Source: a virus. Taken from it: a stretch of DNA of 35,188 nt. The notes under the pieces are model-generated. The model worked only from the letters and a program-made list of their open reading frames with translations, did no database searches and was not told the origin of the DNA. This document shows, one piece after another, positions 24,721-34,527 of the stretch. Position numbers and translations under genes: made by a program. Position 1 is the first letter of the stretch. Each line of letters begins with the position of its first letter. Location of the stretch: UHGV virus genome UHGV-0321997; one strand, 5' to 3'.

Positions 24721-24875
24721 CTATGAAAAAAAAAGAAAGAGAAACCAAAGAAAAATGAAGTACATATCTGCTCTTCCTGCGGACGGGAAATTATCGGAGA
24801 TTTTGAGTATGTAAAGACAAAGAGAAGGACGGAATTGTATTTTTGTAAAGATATGAGGTGTAGGAGGAATGACTA

Positions 24876-25265
24876 ATGCCAAAAACAGAAGAAACATGGA
24901 TGGACGGGATCACTGCAGAAATGATGGAGCATATATGCGACGACCTGTGCAGGCATCCAGATCATTTAAGTGGTGAAGCACTGGAAGATAAATGCGCAGA
25001 ATGCAAGATGGGACGGTTTGTGTGCGATATTTTGAACCAGTATAACAAGGTGAATGATTTTGCAAACAGCCAGTGCGAGAAGTTGATGTGTGAGATGCAT
25101 GAGCTGAAAGAACGAGATACGGCAAAGAAGCCGAATATAATGGACTACATACTTGGTGACATTAACTTTAAATGCCCTACGTGCAAAAGTGAATATATTT
25201 GTGAAAAAGGATATGAACATTTTTATTGCCCGAATTGCGGTCAGAAAATTAAATGGAGTGAGTAA
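24876..25265 (+). CDS. Cys-rich zinc-ribbon protein (129 aa).
   Basis: Multiple CxxC pairs (CAEC, CPTC, CPNC). RBS GGAGGAATGACTA. Confidence 0.5.
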   Translation: MPKTEETWMDGITAEMMEHICDDLCRHPDHLSGEALEDKCAECKMGRFVCDILNQYNKVNDFANSQCEKLMCEMHELKERDTAKKPNIMDYILGDINFKCPTCKSEYICEKGYEHFYCPNCGQKIKWSE

Positions 25266-25266
25266 C

Positions 25267-25488
25267 ATGGAAGAATTAAAGAAATGCCCGTTTTGTGGTG
25301 GAGAAGCAAGAATAAAAATGGAAAGAAAAAATAATGTTGGTTGGACTATTTGGTGTGAATGCAAAAAATGTTATGCAAAAGCAGAAGGATATTGTCCTAG
25401 TATGCAAAATGCAGACAACGCACTAAATAGTATTAATACTTGCAAAATAAATGCAATCGAAGCATGGAATAGGAGATGGAATAAATGA
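25267..25488 (+). CDS. Lar-family restriction alleviation protein.
   Basis: MEELKKCPFCGGEA...CECKKC...AIEAWNRRW is the signature of the Lar_restr_allev family. Confidence 0.7.
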   Translation: MEELKKCPFCGGEARIKMERKNNVGWTIWCECKKCYAKAEGYCPSMQNADNALNSINTCKINAIEAWNRRWNK

Positions 25489-25808
25489 AATACAAAATAG
25501 GTCAAATCCTAACATCAAATTGTGATATAGAAGTAGAGAAGATGTTTGGAGAAAAAGTAATTATTCCAAAAGGGAATAAAATAATTATTGGAGCTGACGA
25601 ATTTGCACATCATTTAAAAGATGGAATGATTCAACCTTTACAGAAAGATACTATTGTCGAAGAATATGATACAGAGGGAATAGCAGAATACTTAATGAAA
25701 AAACTGTCTGAAGTATTTCCATTAGAAGAAATGCTTGAAGATTATGGTATTGAAAAAGAAGAATTTGAAGAAGAAATTGGTTTTTTCTTAGATGATATAG
25801 GATTTTAG
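25485..25808 (+). CDS. Hypothetical acidic protein (107 aa).
   Basis: ATGA overlap with the upstream gene. Confidence 0.4.
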   Translation: MKYKIGQILTSNCDIEVEKMFGEKVIIPKGNKIIIGADEFAHHLKDGMIQPLQKDTIVEEYDTEGIAEYLMKKLSEVFPLEEMLEDYGIEKEEFEEEIGFFLDDIGF

Positions 25809-25820
25809 GAGAGTGGAATA

Positions 25821-26306
25821 ATGGAGAACGTACTAGAGAAGATCTTGGAAGAGATAAAAGAAGCATTTGACGAAAACATAGACGACATAGAAGATTCAGC
25901 AGGCATTCATCATTTTGCGATAGATAGTTTTACTGCATGGTATATTGCAAGAAAAATCATCCGTTCTCACATGGACGATGTTCCGAAGTGCGGAGAATGC
26001 AGCAGAAAAAAGTTGTATCAGATCGGATATGAAGACGGGAAGAAAGATAAAGACTGGATTTCAGTAGAAGATAGATTGCCAGAAGATGATGATATGAGAT
26101 TCTATATGTGTATTGTCGAAAATCACGAAGAGGATTTGCCGATGTTCTGCCAGTATGATAGTGAATATGGATTTGGATTTTGGCATGATATTTACGATTC
26201 GACAAGTTTAGGATTCGTTGATACGGTGTTTAAAACAAATGATGAATTGGGGTATGAAAAGGTTGTAGCATGGCAGCCACTACCAGAACCTATGAGAAAG
26301 GAATAA
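25821..26306 (+). CDS. DUF551-domain protein.
   Basis: WISVEDRLPE ... VAWQPLPEP motifs characteristic of phage DUF551. Confidence 0.55.
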   Translation: MENVLEKILEEIKEAFDENIDDIEDSAGIHHFAIDSFTAWYIARKIIRSHMDDVPKCGECSRKKLYQIGYEDGKKDKDWISVEDRLPEDDDMRFYMCIVENHEEDLPMFCQYDSEYGFGFWHDIYDSTSLGFVDTVFKTNDELGYEKVVAWQPLPEPMRKE

Positions 26307-26309
26307 CGA

Positions 26310-26500
26310 TGGACATTATAATCACAATCGCATTCCTAGCCCTGTATTACATCCTGGGGCTGGGAACCGTGATTACTTTAAAAACAGGAATCGAAGAGGA
26401 AGTAGAACTTGAAGGAGCAGATTACCTTCTGGCTGGAGGATTCCCAATACTGCTATTTGTGGTGTTTTTGGATTGGATTGTGCGAAAGATAGTGAGGTAG
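26310..26500 (+). CDS. Small membrane protein (63 aa, two TM helices).
   Basis: Hydrophobic segments IIITIAFLALYYILGLGTV and FPILLFVVFLDWIV. Confidence 0.4.
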
Positions 26501-26505
26501 GAAAT

Positions 26506-27099
26506 ATGAGAAAATTTAACTGGGATGAATTTAAAAATGAAGAAAATAAGATTGCAGTACACTGCAAGACCGAGGAAGAGGCGAAAGACTTATGCAAGCA
26601 GATGCACGAACATGGAATGAAGTGGTGTAACGGAGAAAGTTATTTGAAAAATACAAATTATAATGCGCACAACAAAGGAACGTGTTATTACGGAAACGGA
26701 GAATATTCGTCTCGTGTTTTTGCAGAAAAGTACAATTATAAAATCTTGGAATGGAGTGATTACATGCAGAAAAAATTTACCAAGGCAGATCTGAAAGATG
26801 GGATGGTAGTGAAACATCGAAATGGTGACAAGAGAATGGTGATAAGCGAAGCATTAATCGGAGAAAATGGATATGCGGATCAAAACTGCTTTCGAGAAGA
26901 TTTGACACACAGATATTTTAAAGATCTCGATATTGTTGGTGTCTACGCAATCCAAGAATATAACAACTTTGCAGATATGCTTTCGGACTATAACTTAGAA
27001 CTCATTTGGGAGCGCAAAGAACCAAAGAAAATGACCGTGGAAGAAATGCGAAAGAAGTTGGAAGAGCTGACCGGAGAGGAAATTGAGGTAACGGAATGA
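26506..27099 (+). CDS. Hypothetical protein (197 aa).
   Basis: ATG at 26506 with RBS GAGGTAGGAAAT. Its frame is open upstream to 26473. Confidence 0.45.
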   Translation: MRKFNWDEFKNEENKIAVHCKTEEEAKDLCKQMHEHGMKWCNGESYLKNTNYNAHNKGTCYYGNGEYSSRVFAEKYNYKILEWSDYMQKKFTKADLKDGMVVKHRNGDKRMVISEALIGENGYADQNCFREDLTHRYFKDLDIVGVYAIQEYNNFADMLSDYNLELIWERKEPKKMTVEEMRKKLEELTGEEIEVTE

Positions 27100-27287
27100 A
27101 GAAAATAGAAGCATACACTATGGCAACGAGAAAGCCCTGTGAGACAGCTTTAAAGCAAAAGGGGCATAAAGCCTTTGCTAAAGCCTTTGCCTGTGATTTT
27201 AAAAGGGCTGACAGAACAAATACGGACACCATAGGATACATAGCAAGCAAGTACAACATCAAAAAGCCAATTCCGGGAGGTGATTGA
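27096..27287 (+). CDS. Hypothetical protein (63 aa).
   Basis: ATGA overlap with the upstream gene. Confidence 0.3.
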   Translation: MKKIEAYTMATRKPCETALKQKGHKAFAKAFACDFKRADRTNTDTIGYIASKYNIKKPIPGGD

Positions 27288-27696
27288 GGTGGATAAGAAT
27301 ATAATCTATGAGTACATGGATGCAAAAGCTCTGGTAAAAGAAACAGAGGAAGACATCAGACGGCACAGAAGAAAGACGATCGTACAGGACAAGGTGACAG
27401 GCAGCAATCCAGAGTTTCCGTACCAACCACAGAGCTTTAATATCTCTGGATGTGTAGAGAACACGGTGAATATAGACGAAGAGGAACGGTTGTTGGAAGA
27501 ACGAAAGCTGAACGCAAAGCGGATTAAAGTAAAAGCAGAGCGAGTAATCAATAAAGCTCCGGTAAGGATGCAGAGGATTATCCGGTTCAAGGTGATGCAA
27601 GGACTGACATGGGATGAAGTGGCTGCGAAGATGAAAGGGAATTGCACAGGAGAAAGCGCAAGGAAAGAATTTCAGAGGTGGATGAAAGAAAAATAG
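27280..27696 (+). CDS. ArpU/RinA-like late-gene transcriptional activator.
   Basis: About 138 aa with a C-terminal HTH (LTWDEVAAKMKGNCTGESARKEFQRW). Last gene before the terminase block, the usual position of ArpU-family regulators. Confidence 0.5.
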   Translation: MIEVDKNIIYEYMDAKALVKETEEDIRRHRRKTIVQDKVTGSNPEFPYQPQSFNISGCVENTVNIDEEERLLEERKLNAKRIKVKAERVINKAPVRMQRIIRFKVMQGLTWDEVAAKMKGNCTGESARKEFQRWMKEK

Positions 27697-27795
27697 AAGT
27701 TTGTCCGTTTTGTCCACATTATCCGCTTTAAATAATATATAGTATAACATGGAGTTAGAAGAAAGACTCCAAAAGCTTTCCAAACAACATTCGAA

Positions 27796-27838
27796 ACACC
27801 GCCGGACTTTCACCCTTTCTCGTCTGACGGTGTTTTTA
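27796..27838 (+). terminator. Rho-independent terminator.
   Basis: ACACCGCCGGAC ... GTCTGACGGTGT stem followed by TTTTT. Confidence 0.5.
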
Positions 27839-27840
27839 TG

Positions 27841-27911
27841 CGGAGTATAGCATCAATGGTAGATGCGCAGGGTCGCGCCCTGTGTCCTTGGTTCGATTCC
27901 AAGTGCTCCGC
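27841..27911 (+). tRNA. Aberrant tRNA-like element with a short anticodon arm (possible tRNA pseudogene or non-canonical tRNA).
   Basis: 7-bp acceptor stem, D-arm GCAT/ATGC and a canonical T-arm CTTGG-TTCGATT-CCAAG. The anticodon arm is only 15 nt (CAGGG-TCGCG-CCCTG), 2 nt short of canonical. Confidence 0.4.
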
Positions 27912-28104
27912 TTTGTGATGTGAGTATACAGGCTGCACAGCTGAGGTCTGTTCTGGGAGTGCACACCGGACTTACATTGCAATGGTACCAAAAAGCAGAT
28001 ATCCGCAGATCTGCAAAACAAACAAAAATAGATTCAGCAATCTATATTTAGTGTCAGTACCCGAGTGCGGATAGGGTAAAGGGTGTCAATAAAAGGCATC
28101 CTAC

Positions 28105-28177
28105 GGGTGTATAGCTCAATTGGTAGAGCGATTGGCTGTTAACCGATGTGTCGTAGGTTCGAGTCCTACTATACCCG
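28105..28177 (+). tRNA. tRNA-Asn (anticodon GTT).
   Basis: Full cloverleaf: acceptor GGGTGTA/TATACCC, D-arm GCTC-AATTGGTA-GAGC, anticodon arm ATTGG-CTGTTAA-CCGAT, T-arm GTAGG-TTCGAGT-CCTAC, discriminator G. No encoded CCA. Confidence 0.85.
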
Positions 28178-28337
28178 TTGTGGACTACTGCAAGGTTCCT
28201 CCTTTTTCTTATAAATTTTGATTGTGTATTTGGTTATTTTTGTTTTTGTTGGCGTTATTAATTCTTTCAGCAGTAGTCCTAAATTCTTAGCATCCAGAGA
28301 TGGGTGCTTTTATTATGTTACAAAGGTGGTGAGTCGG

Positions 28338-28805
28338 ATGGCAAAAGGTAAATATCAAGAGTGGCTAGAGCCGGAAGGCTTGCTGAAGATAGAGGGATGG
28401 GCGAGAGATGGTCTGACGGACGAGCAGATTGCAGATAATATCGGGATTTCCAGAAGCACATTAAATAGCTGGAAAGACAAGTATTCGGACATTTCGGACA
28501 CCCTAAAAAGAGGAAAAGAGGTCGTTGATCGTCAAGTCGAGAATGCTTTGCTAAAACGTGCGCTTGGATATGAGTACACGGAGACTACCAGAGAATACAT
28601 ACCGGAACTTGATGAAATGAAAACTACGAAAAAGGTCACAAAGCAAGTAGCGCCGGACACGACAGCACAGATATTCTGGCTCAAGAACCGCAAGCCAGAC
28701 AAATGGAGAGATAAGCAGGAATACGAGGATAGAACAGCAATTGATAAGCTGGATGAAATCTTGAAAGGATTGCATGACAATGCAGCTAAGCAAGAAACAG
28801 AATGA
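28338..28805 (+). CDS. Terminase small subunit.
   Basis: HTH LTDEQIADNIGISRSTLNSWK and ALLKRALGYEY. Located immediately upstream of TerL. RBS AAAGGTGGTGAG. Confidence 0.7.
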   Translation: MAKGKYQEWLEPEGLLKIEGWARDGLTDEQIADNIGISRSTLNSWKDKYSDISDTLKRGKEVVDRQVENALLKRALGYEYTETTREYIPELDEMKTTKKVTKQVAPDTTAQIFWLKNRKPDKWRDKQEYEDRTAIDKLDEILKGLHDNAAKQETE

Positions 28806-30108
28806 GTACATAATTAACGCTACGCACAGATGGAATATTAAATCCGGTGCGGTACGTTCCGGAAAGTCTTTTGTAGATACTGCTTATATTGTTCCGAAAA
28901 GAATCCGAGATAGAGCTGGACTCCCAGGATTAAATGTAATCATGGGAGTCTCTAAAGAATCTATCGAGAGAAACGTACTCCAACCGATGAGGGAAATCTA
29001 TACCAGTGATCTGATCGGGAACATTAACAATCGGAATGTTGCCAGAGTATGCGGCGAGGATGTCTATTGTCTCGGTGCAGAAAAGGTCAGTCAAGTCGCA
29101 AAGATACAGGGAGCGTCCATCAAGTATTGTTACGGGGATGAGATTGCAAAGTGGAACAAAGAAGTCTTCCAGATGTTAAAATCCCGTCTCGATAAGACAT
29201 ACTCCTGCTTTGATGGAGCTTGCAACCCAGAGCATCCAACGCATTGGCTCAAAGAGTTCATTGACAATGTAGAGTTGGACATCTATCTCCAAAAGTACAC
29301 CATATTCGATAATCCATTTCTGGATCCAGAATTTGTCAAGCAACTCTGCAAGGAATATGAGGGTACAATCTACTATGACCGTCTCATTCTTGGATTATGG
29401 AAAAGAGCTGACGGATCGATTTACAAGCGGTTTGCAGACAATCCAGAAGCGTTCCGGTGCGAAATCGTGGATAATATCTCGCAGGAATCAGAGTATAAGC
29501 AATTCCGAAAAGAGGATATCACATCAATCGAGATTGGATTGGACTTTGGTGGCAATCAATCCGGTCATTCATTCGTTGCCAGAGGGTATACGGATAATTA
29601 CAGAGATGTAATTGCGCTAAAATCACGTAGAATCACGGCGAAAGATGAAAAAGAAGACATCGACAGCAATAGGTTGAATGAGTTGTTTTGCGAATTTATC
29701 AGAGAAGTAATAGAACAATATTCGGTATGCGTGAAAAGCGGTGATTACGTGCAGTATTGTAACGTAGAGTCCGTATTCTGGGATAATGCAGAGACAGTGC
29801 TTGGTAATTCCATCCGAAACGCTGTGGAAAAGGAGTTTCCGTGGATCGCTGTCAAACCAGCAAAGAAAAGACCAATCAACGACAGGATCAGATGCACCGT
29901 CAAGCTCATGGGGGCTGGGCGGTTTTTTATTACAAAAGACTGCGAATCTCTGGAAACTGCTTTTTCGGATGCAGTTTGGGACAAAGAAGCTGTTGGGAAA
30001 GATGAGCGTCTGGATGACGGCAGTACTGACATTGACAGCTTGGATGCGTTTGAGTACACGATCGAACGCGACATGAAATACCTAATCGAAGAGGTGGAAG
30101 ATGTTTGA
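28774..30108 (+). CDS. Terminase large subunit (PBSX family).
   Basis: Walker A GAVRSGKS near the N-terminus. 444 aa. The nuclease domain has its acidic residues in the C-terminal half. Confidence 0.9.
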   Translation: MTMQLSKKQNEYIINATHRWNIKSGAVRSGKSFVDTAYIVPKRIRDRAGLPGLNVIMGVSKESIERNVLQPMREIYTSDLIGNINNRNVARVCGEDVYCLGAEKVSQVAKIQGASIKYCYGDEIAKWNKEVFQMLKSRLDKTYSCFDGACNPEHPTHWLKEFIDNVELDIYLQKYTIFDNPFLDPEFVKQLCKEYEGTIYYDRLILGLWKRADGSIYKRFADNPEAFRCEIVDNISQESEYKQFRKEDITSIEIGLDFGGNQSGHSFVARGYTDNYRDVIALKSRRITAKDEKEDIDSNRLNELFCEFIREVIEQYSVCVKSGDYVQYCNVESVFWDNAETVLGNSIRNAVEKEFPWIAVKPAKKRPINDRIRCTVKLMGAGRFFITKDCESLETAFSDAVWDKEAVGKDERLDDGSTDIDSLDAFEYTIERDMKYLIEEVEDV

Positions 30109-31651
30109 TGGAATTAAGAGATTATGGAAAGGAATCATGAGGATGTTTGGATATACGACATTAAAACAGATCATCGGCAAGGATATCGCACTATCCAACG
30201 ACATGATATATGCAATCAACAGATGGAGACAGATGTTAAATGGTGATGCAGAATGGATTTCAGATAGCATCGTTTCTCTTGGGATTGAAGATGGAATCTG
30301 CCGAGAGTTTGCAGACTGCGCGCTGGTTGAAATGGAAACCAGTGTGACAAATGAACGTCTGGACAAGATTTATCAGAAGAATATCGCAAGTCTGAATGAA
30401 AACCTGCAGGAAGGGCTTGCACTTGGGTCATTTGTTTTGAAACCACTGGGAGAAGCGGCTGCTGAATTCGTTTCCACTGACAAGATTATCCCGATTAGCT
30501 TCGGGGATGATGGAAAGCCGAATGATATTGCGTTTTTGACCGTAAAAAAGGTTGGGGACGCTGATTATTTCACAAAGCTTGAACGGCACTATTTCATTGA
30601 CGGGAATCTGACTATAGAAAACAAGTGTTTTCACTCCCAGACAGCGAATGATATCGGTCTTCCGTGCAGCTTAGAAGCAGTGGAAGAGTGGGAAAATATC
30701 CTACCTGGACCGATTACATACCCCGGCATGAATCGAATGGACTTTGGATATTACCGTAATCCAATCAAAAATAAAATAGATGGTTCCGCATGTGGTGTAT
30801 CAGTGTATGAGTCGGCTGCGGAGTTGATTCGAAAAGCGGACACGCAGGGCGCAAGGCTCGACTGGGAATACGAATCGGGAGAGCGTGCTATCCATGTGGA
30901 TAATAGAGCACTTAAACAAGACAAGGCAACCGGAAAACTTGGACTGCCAAAACTCAAAAACAAATTGTATCGAGGAATGAATCTGGATGCCGGGAAAGAC
31001 CAAGAACTATTAAAGGAATACTCCCCAGAAATGAGGGATGAAGCCTTTAAACGCGGATTGGAGGAATACAAGCGTGAGATTGAATTTTCCGTAGGACTTG
31101 CCTATGGTGACCTGTCAGATGCGCAGGAAGTAGCAAAGACAGCCACGGAAATTAAAGCATCAAAGAACAGGAAGTACAACCGAGTAACGGCAATCCAGAA
31201 TAACTTATACGATTGCTTAGAGGATTTCGTTGCCGGACTTGCATTTTACAACAGCATGCTTAATTCGGGATATGAGTTCTCGTGTAAATTCAACGATTCC
31301 ATTCTAACCGATGAGGAAACAGAACGCCAGCAGGACAGGCAAGATGTGAGTATGGGCGTGATGTCGCATCTGGAATACCGCATGAAATGGTACAACGAAG
31401 ATGAAACCACAGCGAAAAAGATGTTGCCGGAACAGAACCAAGTCATGGACGATCAGATGTTTTCAGACTTAGGGGGGGCACAAGTACAAAGTAAAACATT
31501 AAATGGTGCTCAAACACAGAGTCTTATTGCTATTATGTCTCAATACATAGCCGGAGAGCTGACAGAAGGACAGGCGGTTAATTTGATTGCAACAGCAATT
31601 GGAATCGAAAAAGACGAAGCAAGAAAAATCTTAGATGGAGAAGTGATCTAA
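30101..31651 (+). CDS. Portal protein (SPP1 gp6-like).
   Basis: 516 aa, directly after TerL with an overlap. Confidence 0.85.
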   Translation: MFDGIKRLWKGIMRMFGYTTLKQIIGKDIALSNDMIYAINRWRQMLNGDAEWISDSIVSLGIEDGICREFADCALVEMETSVTNERLDKIYQKNIASLNENLQEGLALGSFVLKPLGEAAAEFVSTDKIIPISFGDDGKPNDIAFLTVKKVGDADYFTKLERHYFIDGNLTIENKCFHSQTANDIGLPCSLEAVEEWENILPGPITYPGMNRMDFGYYRNPIKNKIDGSACGVSVYESAAELIRKADTQGARLDWEYESGERAIHVDNRALKQDKATGKLGLPKLKNKLYRGMNLDAGKDQELLKEYSPEMRDEAFKRGLEEYKREIEFSVGLAYGDLSDAQEVAKTATEIKASKNRKYNRVTAIQNNLYDCLEDFVAGLAFYNSMLNSGYEFSCKFNDSILTDEETERQQDRQDVSMGVMSHLEYRMKWYNEDETTAKKMLPEQNQVMDDQMFSDLGGAQVQSKTLNGAQTQSLIAIMSQYIAGELTEGQAVNLIATAIGIEKDEARKILDGEVI

Positions 31652-32842
31652 TTGAGAGAGGACTACAAGAAACAACTATCCGGACAGATTGAGAAGCATT
31701 TTCTGGATTTGGAGCAGATGATTTTGGAGGACATTGTTCGCAGAATCAAAAAAGCCGGAAAAATTACAAGCACGGCAGACTGGCAGATTAACCGGTTACA
31801 GATCATCGGGTACTCTTCTGAGGACATCGAAAAGTTGGTAAAAACCACGCTGAACCTGTCATATCCGGAAGTGTTTGAATTGTACGACAAGGTTATCGAC
31901 TGGGAATATGTCCGCAACAAAGATATCTACGAACAGGTCAATGCGGAATATATCCCCTACGAGGATAATAAGGAGTTGCAACAGCTTGCAGATGGCTTTA
32001 TCCAGCAGAGCAATGATGATCTGCGGAACGTCACAAAGTCCATGGGATTTTATGTGGATTACGGAGGCGGTAGGCTTGTTATGACTCCATTATCCGACAT
32101 CTACCAAGGATATCTTGATAAGGCTATCACAGGCGTTGTTTACGGAGCATTTGATTACAATACCATGATACGCAAGGTGGTTACTCAGCTCACAAATAGC
32201 GGACTCAGGAGCATCGATTATGCTTCTGGGTGGCATAGCAGGGTAGACGTGGCGGCAAGGAGAGCGGTTATGACGGGAGCATCACAGCTTACTGGGAAAA
32301 TCACGGAAATGAACGCCGAGAAGTTAGGAACAGAACATTTTGAGATTGCGTGGCACGCCGGAGCGAGACCATCACACGCCGTCTGGCAAGGCAAGGTGTG
32401 GAGCAAAAAAGAACTTGTTACAGTGTGCGGTCTTGGAACAGTTACCGGTCTACTTGGAGCAAACTGTTACCATGAATATTACCCTTTTGTAAAAGGTATC
32501 TCGGAGCGGAATTGGTCAGATTCTTGGCTTGCAGAGCAGAACCGAAAGGAAAGTATACCTAAGACATTTAACGGCAAGGAATACACCTTATACGAAGCCA
32601 AACAGCAACAGAGGAAAATGGAAACAGCAATGAGGGCACAGAGGGAAAAAGCTGTGCTGTTAAAACAGGGTGGAGCTGACCCAGATGATGTGATGCTTGC
32701 AAAAGCAAAGTATCAAGGACAACTCGGGGAGTACACCAGATTTTGCAAACGAATGGGGCTGCATCAAGAACGTGAGCGAATCTATTACGATATGCGCGGA
32801 AGAGTGGCACCCGTACCAAAAAGATTTAGGAGGCAGAAATGA
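31652..32842 (+). CDS. Minor head protein (phage Mu F-like / SPP1 gp7-like head morphogenesis protein).
   Basis: Position after the portal. Conserved WHAGARPSH...GANCYH region of the MuF domain. TTG start predicted. Confidence 0.7.
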   Translation: MREDYKKQLSGQIEKHFLDLEQMILEDIVRRIKKAGKITSTADWQINRLQIIGYSSEDIEKLVKTTLNLSYPEVFELYDKVIDWEYVRNKDIYEQVNAEYIPYEDNKELQQLADGFIQQSNDDLRNVTKSMGFYVDYGGGRLVMTPLSDIYQGYLDKAITGVVYGAFDYNTMIRKVVTQLTNSGLRSIDYASGWHSRVDVAARRAVMTGASQLTGKITEMNAEKLGTEHFEIAWHAGARPSHAVWQGKVWSKKELVTVCGLGTVTGLLGANCYHEYYPFVKGISERNWSDSWLAEQNRKESIPKTFNGKEYTLYEAKQQQRKMETAMRAQREKAVLLKQGGADPDDVMLAKAKYQGQLGEYTRFCKRMGLHQERERIYYDMRGRVAPVPKRFRRQK

Positions 32843-33120
32843 GCGAAGTAAAAGTAATTAGACAACCGACAGCGGAAGCAACATTGATTTTTGAATTTGA
32901 GATAGCATCATCAGAATTTCTGATCAAGAATTTCACGGACGGTGATATCTACGCATCTCTGGAAAGGGACGCGACAAAAGAACAAAGTGTACTGATTCCG
33001 GCGCAGACTGCACAGCGATTGCAGTACGGTTCTTACGGCGGTGGAAAGAGTAACCTAGTCCAAATTATCCCCACAGCAACCAGTGAAAAAGGAGTGGAAG
33101 TACAATGCTTAAAATGGTAG
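32839..33120 (+). CDS. Hypothetical protein (93 aa).
   Basis: ATGA overlap with the upstream gene. Confidence 0.4.
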   Translation: MSEVKVIRQPTAEATLIFEFEIASSEFLIKNFTDGDIYASLERDATKEQSVLIPAQTAQRLQYGSYGGGKSNLVQIIPTATSEKGVEVQCLKW

Positions 33121-34235
33121 ATGGATCAGGAATCATCGGAGTGGATATGGTATGCCCTCTTGGAGTCTCTGCTCCACAGCCACCGAACTACGATAAAGTA
33201 GAGGTAGAGGGTACAGGGATTCTGGTACTTCCGAACAGCTTGGATGCGCCGCTTGAGAGGTTGGAGCTGATTGGAAATAGTACGCAGGGCGAGAATCCAG
33301 CGCCGGATAATCCGCAAGAGATTAAATCGGCAGGAAGGTTCGATGAAGCGAGCGGGAAATACTTGCTTGATGTGAAAATTACTGGGAAGAACCTACTGAA
33401 TTTGCAAAAAGAGCCGGATGTAAAAGGCCTTTACCAAGGATGGAAGGTTGGAAATGGTGACAAAGGCACATTGAGTATTAAGGACAAGGGTAACAACGCG
33501 GACATTTCAGAATGTTATTTTGGTTTAAACAGTGATGGCACGACTTCCAATTCGGTTACATGGCTTGTAGATAATGGAGTGATCAAAAGATACCATATTG
33601 AAAGCATTGAAAAAATGTACGCTTACATGTATCCACCGAATGAAAAAATTATCAAAAAAATTACAGAGCGATTTGAAATCCAGTATGAATATGGAAGTAT
33701 AGCTACAGAATATCAACCCTACAAAGAGCAAACCCTCACCATCACATCCGACCGCCCAATAACCAAGTGGGATAAACTCGTGGAACAGGGCGGACAGATT
33801 GGGTGGTTGTATGGGAGCGTGATAGCAACAATTGATGAAACCGCTGACATTTCTTTGTATGCGCCCAACGGATTCTTTATTCACGTCAAAAATATTGACA
33901 AGAAAGAAAAAAGTGGATATTGCGACAAGTTGTATACAAAGAAAATGTCGAACGGGGAACCATTTGTCTTATTCGGGATTGCCAATAATAATTTTCTTTA
34001 TACGCTTAACACTCAAGAGTTTTACGGGAAAACAGCTTCTGAAATTAAAGCAAAATTGAAAGAATACCCACTCAATATTATCGGAAAATCAGAAACCACC
34101 GAATTCGTCCCCCTTCCACAATCCGAGCAAAACGCTATCCGATCATTAAAAACCTACTACCCTACCACAGTAATCACAGTGGACGGAGGGGAGCTTGACC
34201 CAGATATTAAAGTAACATACCGAAAGGAGATATGA
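33105..34235 (+). CDS. Hypothetical head-module protein (376 aa), possible minor structural or decoration protein.
   Basis: Large ORF between the MuF-like gene and the scaffold. No recognisable motif. Confidence 0.45.
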   Translation: MLKMVDGSGIIGVDMVCPLGVSAPQPPNYDKVEVEGTGILVLPNSLDAPLERLELIGNSTQGENPAPDNPQEIKSAGRFDEASGKYLLDVKITGKNLLNLQKEPDVKGLYQGWKVGNGDKGTLSIKDKGNNADISECYFGLNSDGTTSNSVTWLVDNGVIKRYHIESIEKMYAYMYPPNEKIIKKITERFEIQYEYGSIATEYQPYKEQTLTITSDRPITKWDKLVEQGGQIGWLYGSVIATIDETADISLYAPNGFFIHVKNIDKKEKSGYCDKLYTKKMSNGEPFVLFGIANNNFLYTLNTQEFYGKTASEIKAKLKEYPLNIIGKSETTEFVPLPQSEQNAIRSLKTYYPTTVITVDGGELDPDIKVTYRKEI

Positions 34236-34236
34236 T

Positions 34237-34524
34237 ATGAACTACGCAAAAATCATGGAAAACGGAACTGTAAGAATCAGCTCCATCAAAAAAGAGGGCT
34301 ACAAACCACTCAAGGAAGAGAAACCAGAGGGATTTAGCAACCTTGTCTTTGTCGGCTATACAGAGACAGAAGAAAATGTAATCAAAGAATACGAAGCAGT
34401 GGATGGCGGAATGAGCGCCTATGGAAAGCTCCAGAACGACCTGAAAGCAACACAGGCGGCACAGGAAGTCACAGATCAGGCAGTGCAAGAACTGATTCTC
34501 GCAACGATGAAAATGGGGGTGTAA
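34237..34524 (+). CDS. Hypothetical protein (95 aa).
   Basis: ATG 2 nt after the upstream stop. Confidence 0.4.
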   Translation: MNYAKIMENGTVRISSIKKEGYKPLKEEKPEGFSNLVFVGYTETEENVIKEYEAVDGGMSAYGKLQNDLKATQAAQEVTDQAVQELILATMKMGV

Positions 34525-34527
34525 GTT

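Noticed and set aside
24721-24875. A-rich stretch with mini-ORFs (MKKKERETKEK, MKYISALPADGKLSEILSM).
   Set aside because: They are too short and low-complexity, with no SD. This is likely just an intergenic or promoter region for the downstream Cys-rich/Lar genes.
27259-27813. 184-aa - strand ORF overlapping the ArpU-like gene and two upstream genes.
   Set aside because: It is antisense to three well-supported + strand genes, has no RBS, and its composition is Cys/Phe/Leu-rich in a way typical of a reverse-frame artefact.
27836-28051. Track ORFs 27863-28051 (+) and 27836-28021 (-).
   Set aside because: They overlap the tRNA-like element and a terminator and have no RBS. They are almost certainly non-coding.
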